Positions 62,443 to 64,000 of a DNA stretch of 64,000 bases are shown one piece after another. The DNA lies in assembly GCA_001643675.2 (NCBI GenBank), contig LSRY02000020.1, positions 682,001-746,000 on the forward strand. Direction: 5' to 3'. The notes under the pieces were generated by a model that ran no database searches, was not told where the DNA came from, and worked only from the letters and a program-made list of their open reading frames with translations. This stretch comes from Monocercomonoides exilis PA203. Taxonomy: Eukaryota; Protista; Preaxostyla. A program made the position numbers and the translations under genes. How positions within the stretch are numbered: the first letter of the stretch is position 1; each line of letters opens with the position of its first letter.

Positions 62443-64000
62443 TCAACTCATTTCTTCATAGCTTTCTCCTTTAAGATCTGTATTTTCTGTTTCTTGAATA
62501 TCATCTTGAACATCTTCATCACCAATCTTCTGCATGTGATCTTCTTCTATTTCATCAATCGGCTCATCCATCATTTCCATCCTTCGCCTGCTGCTGTTAA
62601 GAGCCTCGTTATCTCCACTTGATTCAAATCCTTCTGTCTTTGGCTGCATTTGCCCCTTCAGCGAGCGCATCAGCTCTTCCATTTTCTCCTTTCCGGCAAC
62701 AATTCCCATTCCGACTTTCGCCGCGTTGGCTCCTCTGATATCTCCGCTGTCCAGTGCCACTTTCCTTGCCAGGTTGTATTTCACCTCTGCATCCTTCGTC
62801 TTCCCTTCCACCGAGTCCAGCTGTGCCAGCATCTGCAGCGTGGCTGCTGTATTTGTGGCTAACTGTGTTCCTTTCAGTTGTAACGACAGCTGCAGCTGCC
62901 TGTCAAGACACGGCCGGAGAATAGCGGCAGGCATCCCGGGGTCCTCTCCGTCTGCCCCGCCTTCCTCCTCGCGGTGGCGCATCAGATAGTCTTCAATCTG
63001 TGTCAGCATCCCCAACGTCCGCAGCTCGTCCTCGTTGCTGATGGTGCGCCTCTTAGTCTGCATGGCTTCTCCTGCCCTCTTCTTCGAGCTGCCCAGCACT
63101 CCTTCTCCGCTCTCGTCTCCTCCTTCTTCTTCTCCCTCAGCACTGTCTGCGATGTCTTCGGTCTCGACAAGCTCGCCGAGCGCCTTCTGAAGATACAAAG
63201 AGGCTGTCTCGTACTCTCCCAGCGTCGCATGGATGAGTCCGAGATTGGAGAGTGCAATGAAGCGATCGCGTGATTTGAAGGAGAAAGAAGATAATGGTGC
63301 AGCTGAAACATAGAAAGAAGTATTGTTGCATAGTCGGTTTTTGATGAGAAGGGGAAAGATAGTGTTAAAAATATATATACAGTTAAAATATTTTATTGAA
63401 AATAACAAAATAAGAATAATTAAATGGAAAAAGGAATAGCAAATCAAATCGCAAACAAAATAGAAAAATAAAAAATTAAATTAAATTTTCCAATATTAAT
63501 AGAAGTTATAAAAAAAAAAAGAAAGATATTTTTGAAAAGAGATCGTTGTAGCCACACCATATTGACCATCGTCTGCGCCATTTGGCAAAGGAGGTGTAGA
63601 GACAAGTGAATGATGACGCTCGTAGCAATCAAGCGCCTTTTGAAGTGATTCTGGTGTTGACAAGAAAAAGTATGCATTGCCCAGCGCATTCAACGCAAGT
63701 GCCTGTAAAAAGAAGAAGAAAATAGTCAATTTTATGAAATGTGTTGGTATTTCATTGAAGATCAACAGATATTTCAAAAAAATTGAAAAATTATAAATTG
63801 AATAAGAATAAGTCACAAAATCAATTCCTGCATGCCTCTCCCTGCTGATCGCAAAGCCGCCGGCTGAGGAGGCAAAGTCTTTCGTAGCACGGGATGCTCT
63901 TCTTGTACATCGCCTCGTTGTCGTACAATATCCCCAGGCCAAACAGAGACGCAGCTTCCGAGCGCGACTCGCCCAGCCGCCGGGTCGTCTCAGCCAAGAA
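62443..64000 (-). CDS. TPR-repeat protein, 5'-partial (possibly TTC29-like)
   Basis: TPR motifs ALNALGNAYF..ALDCYERH and ALSNLGLIHATLGEYETASLYLQKAL; C-terminal AKVGMGIVAG. Confidence 0.7.

Noticed and set aside
1-64000. Non-standard genetic code (TAA/TAG as Gln) for the host; tRNA, rRNA or CRISPR features
   Set aside because: Conserved genes end at TAA (RPL3), TAG (INO1) and TGA (SF3A2) at expected positions with no internal TAR; no cloverleaf, rRNA or repeat-spacer pattern seen by eye.

Overview
AT-rich, intron-rich eukaryotic genomic DNA with short GT-AG introns and the standard code (TAA, TAG and TGA all end conserved genes). Gene-family signatures suggest the amitochondriate oxymonad Monocercomonoides or a close relative; this is my inference, not a database match. 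There are two compact housekeeping blocks. Block 1 (1-12.2 kb): unknown protein, WDR55/Jip5-like, SF3A2, a PP5-like phosphatase with huge insertions, and a TOM1/GPR137-like membrane protein. Block 2 (33.2-64 kb): RPL3, INO1, Sly1, RPL28, an RS-rich protein, a YEATS protein, an amino-acid transporter, PSMD3, CCDC146, CEP131, PFDN5, a second TOM1/GPR137-like paralog, MED31 and a partial TPR protein. Between them is a ~21 kb accessory island. It holds one intact ~2,580-aa receptor (signal peptide, beta-helix, Cys-motif repeats, TM helix, degenerate kinase), decayed gene relics, and two inverted pogo-like (DD35D) DNA transposons. One transposon has TIRs and a TA target-site duplication; the two otherwise divergent copies share a 572-bp apparently identical tract. 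I recognised no tRNA, rRNA or CRISPR. Exon boundaries were read by eye and some are approximate.
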